From a bacterium (lineage in GTDB: Bacteria; Patescibacteriota; Microgenomatia; UBA1406; GWC2-37-13): a stretch of DNA of 64,000 nucleotides. Below, in pieces: positions 30,536 to 40,685 of the stretch. Location: the NCBI GenBank assembly GCA_021825445.1, contig JAKAHA010000005.1, positions 21,316-85,315 of the forward strand, in the 5' to 3' direction. Made by a program: the position numbers and the translations under genes. The notes beneath the pieces are model-generated. The model ran no database searches, was not told the origin of the DNA, and was given only the letters and a program-made list of their open reading frames with translations. Each line of letters opens with the position of its first letter. The first letter of the stretch is position 1.

Positions 30536-31927
30536 GAAGTAAGTTGCTGCCGATCCGATGATTGCAAGACCTGTGAGTAATATATTATTTGTCAAAAATC
30601 TTCCTATCCAAAATTTAATTAAAATAAGATAAATTACCATTGCTATCGAAGAAATTAACGGTGCACCAAAAGCATTCTGTAGAGAAAAATCGACAGCTGA
30701 CTTGGCTTTGATAAAGACAAAAATAAATGATAAAGAGATGATAAAGAAAGCAATCGAGATACCTTGAAAACCAAATAATTTAATCAAAGGCGGGATAAAA
30801 AGCCAATTAAGTCCGGTCAAAATTATCATAATTACTAGAGTGAGTTTGACTTTGCCAATGGCATTAAAAAGACTGATGAGAGGTGAATAAAGGCTGACAA
30901 AAAGAGCCGAAAAAGAGAAAAAATAAAAAGAAACTAAGGCGACTTGCCATTTTGCAAAGTAGCCAGGCATAAGTTTAAGTAGGTTATCAAAAATAAATAC
31001 GGCTCCGATTATGATTGGAAAAATAAAAAAAGCTTCATAAAAAAGAATTTTTTCAACACTTTTTTTAAGGAGAACTTTGTTATTTTGAAATTGGGAATAA
31101 ACCGGAAAAGCAACGCGATTAATATTATCCATAATCAAACGGATTGAGAACTCCGCGTATTTTTTGGCAAAAGTGACGATGCTAAGTTTTTCAAAACCGA
31201 TGACCGCTCCCAGATAAATAATCATCAGATCATCCTTGATAAGGGCTAAAAAAGAATTTCCTTGAAAAGGGACTCCGTATGATAAAAGTGATTTTGCCGA
31301 AGACTTTGAAAAAATAAGTTTTGGTGACCAGGGGTTCATTATGTAAATCAAGATGACTCCAATTAAAGATCGGGCTATCACTGCCACAACCAAACTAAAA
31401 ATATCCATATTCATAAGGGACATGACAATGACTGCAGAATAAAAAACTAAATTTTCAATGAGTGAAACCAAGACAACCTTATAAATTTGAATCTTTTTTT
31501 CAAGCAGCACAGAAGGAATGGTCTTAAGTGATAAGAAAAAGAAAGAAAAAAGAAGTGACCAGTATAGATAAACGGCATTTTTTGGTAAATCTTTATAGAT
31601 TACAAAAAGATAATTGGTCAAGAAAAAACCAACAATTATTATAAATATGGATAGGGCAGTTTGGATAATAAATGCGGTACTTAGATCTTTTTCATCGACT
31701 TCTTTTTTTTGGATTATGGCTGCAGCTAGTCCAAGACTCGAGAAGTAGTTAAAAAAAGCCATCATGGCAAGCACTGTGTTATAAATACCGAGAAGATAAA
31801 GATTTGATTTTAAAGTCAAGATAAAAAAAGCCGCAAATCCAAGGAGAGCCGAAAAACCACTTTGAAAAAGAAGGCTCCCCGCACTTAAAACACCTCGTTG
31901 TTTTATCTGTTTAATATTGTTGTTCAT
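30461..31927 (-). CDS. Wzx/MOP-family oligosaccharide flippase
   Basis: About 12-14 TM helices, GLAAAIIQK, RVAFPVYS, AIGK. Confidence 0.85.
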   Translation of the reverse strand: MNNNIKQIKQRGVLSAGSLLFQSGFSALLGFAAFFILTLKSNLYLLGIYNTVLAMMAFFNYFSSLGLAAAIIQKKEVDEKDLSTAFIIQTALSIFIIIVGFFLTNYLFVIYKDLPKNAVYLYWSLLFSFFFLSLKTIPSVLLEKKIQIYKVVLVSLIENLVFYSAVIVMSLMNMDIFSLVVAVIARSLIGVILIYIMNPWSPKLIFSKSSAKSLLSYGVPFQGNSFLALIKDDLMIIYLGAVIGFEKLSIVTFAKKYAEFSIRLIMDNINRVAFPVYSQFQNNKVLLKKSVEKILFYEAFFIFPIIIGAVFIFDNLLKLMPGYFAKWQVALVSFYFFSFSALFVSLYSPLISLFNAIGKVKLTLVIMIILTGLNWLFIPPLIKLFGFQGISIAFFIISLSFIFVFIKAKSAVDFSLQNAFGAPLISSIAMVIYLILIKFWIGRFLTNNILLTGLAIIGSAATYFSIIYRIKGRALLDEIKDLINTQRK

Positions 31928-31946
31928 ATTTTATATAATTAAAAAG

Positions 31947-33662
31947 ATGAAATTCTTTAAAAAATTATTATCTTTCGAATTTATTACTCTCATCATTATA
32001 ACAGTTTTGGCTATTTTCGGACTTTTTAATAATCAATATTTTGTTGTTCACGATGACCAACATATTGCCAGACTTTATTTACTGGATCAGGCAATCAGAC
32101 AAGGAAGTCTATACCCCCGCTTTGTTGGGGGATTAGGATTTAATTTTGGATACCCTCTATTTAATTTTTATCCACCACTTATTTATTATGTAGCGGAATT
32201 TTTTCACCTAATTGGATTTAATTTACTTTGGTCTTTAAAATTAATGATCTTTATCGGTTCTTTCGTTTTTTCAACTGGAATGTATCAGTTGGGCAAAAGA
32301 TTTTTTGATAAAAAAACTGGTTTGTTAGTTGCGACTTTATCTACTTTTTTCTTTTATCGAATGATCACGATTTATATTAGAGGTGCATGGGCGGAATTTT
32401 TTGCCATGTCTATTTTGCCGTTTGTTTTTTTGGGGTTAGACAATATTTATAAAAATAAAAACTTAAAATCAGTAACACTTTTTAGTGTTAGTTTAGTACT
32501 ATTGGTATTAGCTCATCCTTTAATTGCTTTTCCGGCGTTTTTTTACGTAGGATTATTTTTTATTTTTTATTTTTTGAAATCTGGAAACAGACTAATATTT
32601 TTAAGGAATTTTTTACTTGGTGTTTTTTTTGGATTGGGTTTATCAGCATTTTTTTGGTTACCTTCAATAATTGAAAAACAATATACGCTAGTTGATGCGA
32701 TCCTGACCCACGAACTTGCTAGTTATCAAATTCACTTTATCTACCCCTTTCAACTATGGTTTTCACCTTGGGGATATGGAGGGTCAATCGCAGGACCCGT
32801 CGACGGAATGAGTTTTCAACTTGGAAAAATTCATATTTTTTTGACAATTTTTTCACTGGCTATTAGTTTGTTTTATTTTATTTCAAAAAAAAATAGGGAA
32901 CAATTAGGACTATATTGTTTCTTATTTTTTTTACTTTTATTTTCGCTATTTATGTCCCTTACTTACTCTCAGTTTGTTTGGGACAAAATAAAATATCTTT
33001 GGTATTTACAATTTCCTTGGAGGTTTCTGACGTTTACGGGAATATTTATTAGTTTAATTGCCGGAGCGGGAGTTTATTACTTAGGAAAGTTAACCAAAGC
33101 ACCATCTAATCTATTGATGATAATTTTAATTTTTATAACAGTTTTAAAATATATATCCTATTCAAAACCTCATGATCTTAAAGCATATGACGAAAAAAAG
33201 TTAACGGGTTTTAAGGAAATCTCCTGGCGGGTGAGCAAAACTTCTTTTGAATTTGCGCCAAAGGGGATCAAGACAAAGAAGACGGAATTAGAAACAACAA
33301 CGATTGGACTAGAAAAAAAAGATCTGACAAAAGATGTTTATGCTGTTATTTCCACTGATAAAAAGGGGGTAAAAATAAAAACTATTTTGGATTTGTTTGC
33401 GAAAAAAGAATTTGAGGTTTATTCAAAAAAATCTTTTCAATTTAGGTTAAATACTTTCAACTTTCCTGGGTGGAAGGCAAATATAGATAGTAAGGAAATA
33501 AAAATTAATGATGATAATGACTATAAATTAATTACCGTTTTAGTCCCCAAGGGGAATCATAAACTATCTTTTGTATTTGAAAATACCTTAATAAGGAAAT
33601 TGGGGAATTTGACAAGTATTATCTTCTTAATAGGATTGCTATTCTGTATAATACATAAATGA
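31947..33662 (+). CDS. YfhO/PTPS-related GT-C membrane glycosyltransferase
   Basis: HDD..H, GYPLFNFYPPL, RGAWAE, AFFWLP, LQFPWRFL, FPGWKA. Confidence 0.8.
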   Translation: MKFFKKLLSFEFITLIIITVLAIFGLFNNQYFVVHDDQHIARLYLLDQAIRQGSLYPRFVGGLGFNFGYPLFNFYPPLIYYVAEFFHLIGFNLLWSLKLMIFIGSFVFSTGMYQLGKRFFDKKTGLLVATLSTFFFYRMITIYIRGAWAEFFAMSILPFVFLGLDNIYKNKNLKSVTLFSVSLVLLVLAHPLIAFPAFFYVGLFFIFYFLKSGNRLIFLRNFLLGVFFGLGLSAFFWLPSIIEKQYTLVDAILTHELASYQIHFIYPFQLWFSPWGYGGSIAGPVDGMSFQLGKIHIFLTIFSLAISLFYFISKKNREQLGLYCFLFFLLLFSLFMSLTYSQFVWDKIKYLWYLQFPWRFLTFTGIFISLIAGAGVYYLGKLTKAPSNLLMIILIFITVLKYISYSKPHDLKAYDEKKLTGFKEISWRVSKTSFEFAPKGIKTKKTELETTTIGLEKKDLTKDVYAVISTDKKGVKIKTILDLFAKKEFEVYSKKSFQFRLNTFNFPGWKANIDSKEIKINDDNDYKLITVLVPKGNHKLSFVFENTLIRKLGNLTSIIFLIGLLFCIIHK

Positions 33663-34534
33663 AATTTAATAAAACTTATCTAATTCTTTTTCTTGGAATG
33701 ACATTATGGGGGTTGCTTCCGTTATTTACTCATAAGTATGTAATGACGATCGATCCACTTTTTTTAGTTAGTATTTCAACGATAACTGCGTCCATTCCAT
33801 TTTTTATATTACTTCTTGCAGGAAAACAAATTAGAAATTTCTTTTCAATAAATTTTTTGAAAGATATATTTTGGGTAGCCACATTAACTGCAATCGGACA
33901 AGGATTGTTATTTATTGGAACAAAATTAACTTCTGGTACAAACACAGGTTTATTGCTTCAATCAGAGCCGATATATTCTTTAATTTTAGGGGCGATTTTT
34001 TTGGGCGAGATAATCAGCGGTGGACAGATTTTAGCAACTTTGTTTATGGTATTGGGTGCAATGGCTATAGTATATAGGGGAGGATCAAGTCTTAATCTTG
34101 GTGACATTTTTATTTTACTGTCACCTTTGATGTTTCAAATGTCTCATTTGATGGGAAAAAAACTTTTGAACAGAAAAATTTCCGTTAATATGATTTTGGC
34201 TGGTAGGCAATTTTTTGGAGGATTAATATTGGTATTTTTTACCCTCATCACAAGTAAATCTACTGTTGTATTCAATATTCACAACTTTGGTGTCGGTCTA
34301 TATTTAGGGATGTTGACGGCGATTGTTGCTTTATGTTGGTATTCATCAATAAAAAAAATTCCTGTTTCAACTGCATCGTCTTTCCTTCCATTGACTGCTC
34401 TTGTTTCACTACTTGGATCAGTCTTTTTTCTCAAAGAGATAGTCGGTATTCAACAATATATTGGTTTTTTCTTAATAGTCGGAGGGATGATCTGGCAAGC
34501 AAATCTCCATGTTCATAAAGTTTTAACTTCTTAG
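33659..34534 (+). CDS. EamA/DMT family transporter
   Basis: Ten TM helices in two repeats; LWG, FLGE, FLKE. Confidence 0.88.
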   Translation: MKFNKTYLILFLGMTLWGLLPLFTHKYVMTIDPLFLVSISTITASIPFFILLLAGKQIRNFFSINFLKDIFWVATLTAIGQGLLFIGTKLTSGTNTGLLLQSEPIYSLILGAIFLGEIISGGQILATLFMVLGAMAIVYRGGSSLNLGDIFILLSPLMFQMSHLMGKKLLNRKISVNMILAGRQFFGGLILVFFTLITSKSTVVFNIHNFGVGLYLGMLTAIVALCWYSSIKKIPVSTASSFLPLTALVSLLGSVFFLKEIVGIQQYIGFFLIVGGMIWQANLHVHKVLTS

Positions 34535-34561
34535 ACAAATATACGTTCCACTACAAGAAAA

Positions 34562-36076
34562 CTATTTAATTAACTCAAATAAATAGTAAGCAGTTCTGTT
34601 TCCGGGCTTTTCGTACTTTTTAATAAGTTTTATTGGCCAGTTTGAGGGGAATTCTTTTTTTTGGGAAAAGACTACGTAGACTAAATTTTCTTTTAATTCT
34701 TTTTGATTTGCTAACAGTGCTTTTTCATCAAGTGGCCAGAAACCACGAATATTTATTTTATCATCGTCATGCAAATATACATTTAACATATCTCCAATCA
34801 ATCCAAAATCTCCCTCAGCCAAGATAATCACTTGTTTTTCTTTTGATTTAACACGTGCAAATTCCATTATTTCCTTCGTTCCCCAACCTGCTGTTTCTCC
34901 TTCTATGTATTGACCTTTATCAATTGGGGGGAAAGGAATCAAAGATGGATTAAAATAAAATCCATAAGCAAAAAATCCAGAGATCAATAAAAATATTGTC
35001 AAAGATACTGATTTAATAAGCTTTGATTTTAAATTTGACAAGAGATATGCAGAAAAAATTGTCAGCAGAGTTGTCAAAAATATTAAATATCGTGGAAATA
35101 TGACTCGCGAAAAACCGGCAATGGCAAAGTATGGGGCGATTAGCCAGATTGCAAAGTATAGACCTAAATTAAAATCTTTTACCAATATGAAGATAAGTCC
35201 GACGATTCCCAAAAATCCGGTTAGCCAACCCATCTCAGAAAATACATAGTATGGGATAAGCTTTAAGTTTGGCAAAAGGACAGCAAAAGGAGCTTTGATA
35301 AATTCTCCAAACGGCATGACAAAAGTATTATTTTTTTGCTCAATATAGTGCATAAAAGGAGAGAGTCTTTGAATGTTATAAATAACAATTGCCATTACGA
35401 AAACAAAAGCGAATAAGATAAAGTAATTTATAGTTTTTTTAATAATATCTTTTTCATTTTTTTTCCAAACAAGAATTGGGGCAATCGAGGCAAGTCCGAT
35501 AAACATTCGAACAGATGATTTGGTAAGCATTGATAACCCAGCCATTATTCCAAAAAACAAAGCTAGATCAAGTCTGAGAGTTCGAACAACTAATATTGAA
35601 AAGAATAAAATCCAAATAAACCCAGCATTGACGGCAGAATCGGCAAGAGCTATTCGATCGTAAAAAATAAAAAAAGGAGTAAAAATATATAAAAAAGCTC
35701 CCCAAAAAGCCGTTTTTTTACCAAATAAATAAAATAGCAAACTAAAGATACCTGTCAGCGAAGCAAAGCCAGTTGCAACTGAAAACATTCGTCCACCAAT
35801 TAAGAGATTTGGAGAAAATATTTTTAAAAAAGGAATCATTCCCCAAGTTTGTAGGGGTTGGCGACCGTCGGTGAGCGAAATAAATCTCCAAGAGGCGTCG
35901 TGCCAGGCGACTTTCGCCCAATGAATATAGATTCCCTCATCACAAAATATCGGGAGCTTTTCTAAAAAAATAATTCTGGTAAGTAGAAATAAGGCAACCA
36001 ACCCAAAAGCTAAAAGAATATCTTTGAGATTAAAGTTTTTTTTGAAGAAAGAGAAAAGTTTATAAATATCAAACAT
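34562..36076 (-). CDS. ArnT/PMT-like (GT-C) glycosyltransferase
   Basis: PIFCDEGIY, DGRQPL, YDRIALAD, PRY. Confidence 0.8.
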   Translation of the reverse strand: MFDIYKLFSFFKKNFNLKDILLAFGLVALFLLTRIIFLEKLPIFCDEGIYIHWAKVAWHDASWRFISLTDGRQPLQTWGMIPFLKIFSPNLLIGGRMFSVATGFASLTGIFSLLFYLFGKKTAFWGAFLYIFTPFFIFYDRIALADSAVNAGFIWILFFSILVVRTLRLDLALFFGIMAGLSMLTKSSVRMFIGLASIAPILVWKKNEKDIIKKTINYFILFAFVFVMAIVIYNIQRLSPFMHYIEQKNNTFVMPFGEFIKAPFAVLLPNLKLIPYYVFSEMGWLTGFLGIVGLIFILVKDFNLGLYFAIWLIAPYFAIAGFSRVIFPRYLIFLTTLLTIFSAYLLSNLKSKLIKSVSLTIFLLISGFFAYGFYFNPSLIPFPPIDKGQYIEGETAGWGTKEIMEFARVKSKEKQVIILAEGDFGLIGDMLNVYLHDDDKINIRGFWPLDEKALLANQKELKENLVYVVFSQKKEFPSNWPIKLIKKYEKPGNRTAYYLFELIK

Positions 36077-36139
36077 AATTAAACATTATTATATAATAAT
36101 AGAGTACAAATTATTATTTAATAAATTCGTAATAAATTC

Positions 36140-36205
36140 GGCATCGTATTTTTCGACCGCCTCACCCTAAAGGGACCCAGGCGATTGTCTCAAAATACTA
36201 ATGCC
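36140..36205. repeat. Family-C long structured hairpin
   Basis: GGCATCGTATTTTTCGACCGCCTCACCCTAAAGGGACCCAGGCGATTGTCTCAAAATACTAATGCC. Confidence 0.75.
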
Positions 36206-36224
36206 TCATTTATTTTTGTTCAAA

Positions 36225-37151
36225 ATGAATTACTCAGTAATTTTGCCTGTTTTCAATGAACAGGAAAACTTAGAGTCTCTTTATAAAAGAGTTGTTAAAG
36301 TTTTAACTGGTTTGAAAGAAGAATATGAAATTATTTTTGTCAACGATGGTTCACTTGATAGGACAGGGGATATCTTAATGGAGCTTAATAAAAAAAATAA
36401 CAAAGTAAAAATCATTAATTTTTCTCGTAATTTCGGTCACCAGATAGCGGTTTCGGCAGGACTCAATTTTGCCACAGGAGACAAGGTTGCAATATTGGAC
36501 GCCGACTTGCAGGATCCACCTGAAATATTACCTAAATTTTTTTCTAGACTTGACGAGGGTTATGATGTTGTCTATGCAGTTCGAAAAAAAAGAAAGGAAA
36601 ATATTTTTAAAATAATCTCTTATAGCGTTTTTTATAAGATACTTCGTCTGATAGCCAACATCGATATCCCCCTTGATAGCGGAGACTTTTGTGTTTTAAG
36701 TCGAAGAATGGTCAAAACTATTAATTCTTTTCCAGAACGCAATCGATTTGTCAGAGGGCTTCGCAGTTGGGCTGGTTTTAAACAAATAGGACTAGAATAT
36801 GAAAGAGAAAAAAGGTTTGCGGGGACAAGTAAATATGGAATCAGAAAATTGTTTAAGCTGGCGTTTGACGGAATTTTTTCTTTTTCATTTGTTCCGTTGC
36901 AAATAATGTTTATATTGGGGTCAACATCTCTTTTTTTATCAATTATAGGGATCTTTTGGGCAATTTACATGAAATTTTTTACGACTGCCTACGCTCGAGT
37001 CCCAGGGTTTGCTACAACTACAATACTAATTATGTTTGTTGGAGGCCTACAATTATTTTCAATTGGAATAATGGGTGAATATCTAAGACGAGTGTATGAT
37101 GAAGTAAAACAAAGACCACAATATATCATCGAGTCAAAGGTTGGATTTTAA
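36225..37151 (+). CDS. Polyprenyl-phosphate glycosyltransferase (GtrB/YkoT-like GT2)
   Basis: VNDGSLD, FSRNFGHQ, DADLQDPPE, GDF, RF.RGL, GEYL.RVY.EVK.RP; two C-terminal TM helices. Confidence 0.9.
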   Translation: MNYSVILPVFNEQENLESLYKRVVKVLTGLKEEYEIIFVNDGSLDRTGDILMELNKKNNKVKIINFSRNFGHQIAVSAGLNFATGDKVAILDADLQDPPEILPKFFSRLDEGYDVVYAVRKKRKENIFKIISYSVFYKILRLIANIDIPLDSGDFCVLSRRMVKTINSFPERNRFVRGLRSWAGFKQIGLEYEREKRFAGTSKYGIRKLFKLAFDGIFSFSFVPLQIMFILGSTSLFLSIIGIFWAIYMKFFTTAYARVPGFATTTILIMFVGGLQLFSIGIMGEYLRRVYDEVKQRPQYIIESKVGF

Positions 37152-38564
37152 TTACTTCATTATTAGAAAATAATCTCCAAACTGTTTTGTATTTCCGGTT
37201 AAATAATTTGCGTCATTTTTATCTATAACAAAACATCCTTTATTTTTATAAATATTATCAAAATCTTTTGTTTCATAGTAAAAGTTTATTTTTTTACCAA
37301 AATAATAAACCATTGAAGGATGTTCTCCCCACCATTTGGTAGTGGTGATAAGTAACCCAAGTTTATCAAGAGTGACAAAGCTATCCCGATTGGTTTTATT
37401 GATTAGTATTTCGAGCGACTGACATTTATTTTTTGCAAAGAGGGAAAGATCATAGTATGGCTCTTGTTTTGAATAATTAACTGCCAATACATTTTGCCTG
37501 TATGATTGATTAAATAAAAGTATTACCAAAAAAATTCCAAAAATTATTTTAAATATTTTGCTGTTAAACTGATTGATAAATACAACAGCCAGAAATGCAA
37601 ATTGAGGAATGACTGGATAAAAATACCAAAAAATTTTAGTCTTCGTTAAATTTAAAAAGATAAACCAAAAAAGAAGATAGAAAGAATAAAAAGCGTTTTT
37701 AGATGAAATTTTATTTTTGAAAAAACTGATTAAAGTTATTATTCCTCCAATTATTCCAAGATAAAAAAATCTTCCCATTTGATCAGCGGCTAAGGTTATA
37801 TAAAAAGTTCTTTGCCCAAAATGAAATTCAATCGAAGATGTCACTCTTCTGAAATGTGATTCAATGATATGTTGCCAAAAGAACGCCTTCCCAAAAACGA
37901 AAAACATTGCCACAAACCAAGAAAGCAAAATTAACGACTGAATAAATATTTTTTTTATTATTTTTTCAAGATCTTTTTGTCCAATTTCTTTTTTAAAGAA
38001 TTTATAAAAATAATAAATAAAAATTAAGGCAACCGGATAAAAACCAATTAAAGATTTTCCCATCACGGCTATAAACAAAAAGAAAAGACTGGCAAAAAAA
38101 TTGTCAAAAAAAAGGATGTATCCCAACCAGCCAAGCAAGATAAAAATATCAAGGTTGACGGTCTGGGTTCTTTGCAGAAATAAAGGAGTAAAGGCAGTGA
38201 TTGCGACAGTCAAGGTTGATAGCCAGCGATCTTTTAAGACTCGGTTATAAAATACATAAACAAAGGCAAGAATAATTATTGAAATAAACAGACTAAAAAG
38301 TCTAGTGGTGATTTCCGGGACGGCGAGAAAAGTCAGTTTGGCAACCAAACCATAGATAAGTGGAATTAGAGGTGGTTTATCCAACCAGTATTGTCCTTGC
38401 CATACCGGCATAAGAAATTTATTTTGCCCTATCATCTCTTTTCCAGTTTGGACGTAGAGCGATTCATCCCAGTCAAAAAAAGGAGTGGGGTGAGAAATTA
38501 ATTTGACTGCAATTAATGCAAAAAAAATACTTAAAAAAATAATGACTGGCCAGTGTTTTTTCAT
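37152..38564 (-). CDS. ArnT-like (GT-C) glycosyltransferase
   Basis: DWDESLY, WLDKPPL, multi-TM. Confidence 0.82.
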   Translation of the reverse strand: MKKHWPVIIFLSIFFALIAVKLISHPTPFFDWDESLYVQTGKEMIGQNKFLMPVWQGQYWLDKPPLIPLIYGLVAKLTFLAVPEITTRLFSLFISIIILAFVYVFYNRVLKDRWLSTLTVAITAFTPLFLQRTQTVNLDIFILLGWLGYILFFDNFFASLFFLFIAVMGKSLIGFYPVALIFIYYFYKFFKKEIGQKDLEKIIKKIFIQSLILLSWFVAMFFVFGKAFFWQHIIESHFRRVTSSIEFHFGQRTFYITLAADQMGRFFYLGIIGGIITLISFFKNKISSKNAFYSFYLLFWFIFLNLTKTKIFWYFYPVIPQFAFLAVVFINQFNSKIFKIIFGIFLVILLFNQSYRQNVLAVNYSKQEPYYDLSLFAKNKCQSLEILINKTNRDSFVTLDKLGLLITTTKWWGEHPSMVYYFGKKINFYYETKDFDNIYKNKGCFVIDKNDANYLTGNTKQFGDYFLIMK

Positions 38565-39889
38565 GGTTTTAATTTAGCTTTAATAGCTTTTTCTAATGGT
38601 AATTTTATCTCAAACGCCTGATCAAATACAATGGATTGATATTTAAAGTAAGAACGAAGCTCATAGACACAGGAAACGGTAAGTATCAAGTAAAAAGTAG
38701 AAAATATTAGGTATTTAGCTATTTTTTTATTTAATGACAATCTTGTAGCGATCGCTACAAGATTGTAAATAGCATTTCCAACAAAATATACTATTGAAGG
38801 AAGTGCAGTAAAAGTTCGAAGCATATTTGGATTTTCCCAAGGGTAAGTCATAAGAGCCGGAAATAAAGAAATTAAGAAATAAAATAGAAAAAAATAGTTC
38901 GTAGTTCGTAGTACGTAGTTCGTAGTTGCTGTTATTAAACCTATCAAGAACAAAATTCCCATGATTGGATTTAGGGCGGGTTTGTTGGGATAGTTATGGC
39001 GACCATTGACATCACCTTTAAAATTAAACATCAAAGACGTCTTGGAAATATTACTCCAAAGTCCGCCTATTTTTTCATTAATCGTCACTTCGTTGTTTTT
39101 TAAAAAAAATTGTTGGTCAACACGAATGTCTTTGTTTGACATAAGGTAAGTCGTTAATGGAGTGATGATGATTATGAAGGGAATTAGAAACAATAAAAAT
39201 TGTTTAATTGTTACATTGTTCCATTGTTTTATTGTTAAAAACAAATACATAACCGGCAAAAGAAAAAAGATTCGTCCGGGGGTGTAGGAGAGAAAAGCGA
39301 GACCTGCAAATAAACCAGAAATTATCAAGTAAAAGCTCGATTCCGAATTTTTTAGCCCGCCACACCCCCACGGGGGCCCCTGGCGATTAGCTAAAAAACC
39401 CGGACTCTTTGCTTTTGAAAATTCATCGAACTTTAATAAAAAATATATTGACATTAATTCCAAAAATAAAAGGAAAGTTGCTTCAAATGAAAAACGAGTA
39501 AAATTCAAAAACCAACGTGATGTTAGGAGGATTATAGGTAGAGACAAGGCAATGCCTTGTCTGTACAAAATGTTTTTTTGATAAATAATTTTCAGGATAA
39601 AATAAAATATAACTACTGATAAAATTCCAAAAATTGCTGCTGGAAATCTGAGGGCAAAAGTATTTATTCCAAAAGTTTTTAAAGAAGTAAGCAATACGTA
39701 AAAATATAAAGTTGAGTGACCTGTTGCCAATTGAGAATATGGAATATATGGTTTGTTATTTAGGGATAGTGCAAGTTTAGTAAATTCAACTTCATCAAAA
39801 GTAAGATTTTTTGGAATCTCGGAAAAACGATAAAAAATTAGAAAAGCAGAAATTATTGTTAAAAAAATAATTGGAAGAATTTTTTTCAT
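38561..39889 (-). CDS. ArnT/PMT-like (GT-C) glycosyltransferase carrying multiple repeat insertions
   Basis: TFDE, FALRFPAA, GRHN, multi-TM; 442-codon frame is intact. Confidence 0.8.
   Translation of the reverse strand: MKKILPIIFLTIISAFLIFYRFSEIPKNLTFDEVEFTKLALSLNNKPYIPYSQLATGHSTLYFYVLLTSLKTFGINTFALRFPAAIFGILSVVIFYFILKIIYQKNILYRQGIALSLPIILLTSRWFLNFTRFSFEATFLLFLELMSIYFLLKFDEFSKAKSPGFLANRQGPPWGCGGLKNSESSFYLIISGLFAGLAFLSYTPGRIFFLLPVMYLFLTIKQWNNVTIKQFLLFLIPFIIIITPLTTYLMSNKDIRVDQQFFLKNNEVTINEKIGGLWSNISKTSLMFNFKGDVNGRHNYPNKPALNPIMGILFLIGLITATTNYVLRTTNYFFLFYFLISLFPALMTYPWENPNMLRTFTALPSIVYFVGNAIYNLVAIATRLSLNKKIAKYLIFSTFYLILTVSCVYELRSYFKYQSIVFDQAFEIKLPLEKAIKAKLKP
38737..38766. repeat. Perfect 30-bp palindrome inside CDS
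   Basis: ACAATCTTGTAGCGATCGCTACAAGATTGT equals its own reverse complement. Confidence 0.85.
38895..38929. repeat. Heptamer tandem array (TAGTTCG)n inside CDS
   Basis: TAGTTCG TAGTTCG TAGTACG TAGTTCG TAGTTGC. Confidence 0.8.
39331..39416. repeat. Family-C long structured hairpin inside CDS
   Basis: TTCCGAATTTTTTAGCCCGCCACACCCCCACGGGGGCCCCTGGCGATTAGCTAAAAAACCCGGA. Confidence 0.8.
39538..39566. repeat. GTAG-REP palindrome inside CDS
   Basis: GTAGAGACAAGGCAATGCCTTGTCTGTAC; 26/29 identical to the RAYT-internal REP at 63352-63380. Confidence 0.85.
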
Positions 39890-39911
39890 TTGTTTTTATT
39901 ATAATAAATTT

Positions 39912-40685
39912 ATGTCACAATATTATAATCCTAAAAGAAAATCATATCTTTATACGCCAGGGTCACCTTCACCATTTCGTTTAAGTCGAAGTAAGATTGA
40001 TTTATTTTTAAATTGTCCGAGATGTTTTTACTTTGACAGGCGTTTAGGAGTGGCACAACCTCCAGGGTTTCCTTTTTCACTTAACTCTGCAGTTGATAAA
40101 CTGCTCAAAAAAGAATTTGATATCCACAGAGCCGATGGGACTCCTCATCCTTTGATGAAAACATATAAGATTGACGCAGTTCCCCTGAAAGATAAAAATA
40201 TGGATAAATGGCGAGACGCACTTCGCGGGGGAATCGAATATTTTCATAAAGATACAAAATTAAATATTACTGGAGGAATTGATGATATCTGGGTCAATCC
40301 AGCGGGCGAGCTAATAATAGTCGATTATAAAGCGACTTCAAAGACCGGAGATGTATCGCTTGACGCTGATTGGCAGATTGGATACAAGAGGCAGATGGAA
40401 ATTTATCAATGGTTATTTCGAAAAAATAATTATAAAGTTTCTTCAACGGGTTATTTTGTCTATTGTAACGGCGACGCCGACCGCGAGGCTTTTGACGGAA
40501 AACTGGAATTTGATATTAAGATTTTGCCATATGTGGGGGATGATTCTTGGATTGAGAAAACAATTTTAGATATTCACAAATGCCTAAACGGGGCTCTTCC
40601 CGAGTCGGGAAAAGATTGTGATTATTGTAAATATCGCGAAGCCATCAATGATATTTTCCCTGCAGGTCAAGTAACTTTATTTTAA
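39912..40685 (+). CDS. PD-(D/E)XK nuclease (RecB/Cas4-like)
   Basis: LSRSKI...CPRCFY, GGIDD, IVDYK, QMEIY, C-terminal CDYC. Confidence 0.85.
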   Translation: MSQYYNPKRKSYLYTPGSPSPFRLSRSKIDLFLNCPRCFYFDRRLGVAQPPGFPFSLNSAVDKLLKKEFDIHRADGTPHPLMKTYKIDAVPLKDKNMDKWRDALRGGIEYFHKDTKLNITGGIDDIWVNPAGELIIVDYKATSKTGDVSLDADWQIGYKRQMEIYQWLFRKNNYKVSSTGYFVYCNGDADREAFDGKLEFDIKILPYVGDDSWIEKTILDIHKCLNGALPESGKDCDYCKYREAINDIFPAGQVTLF

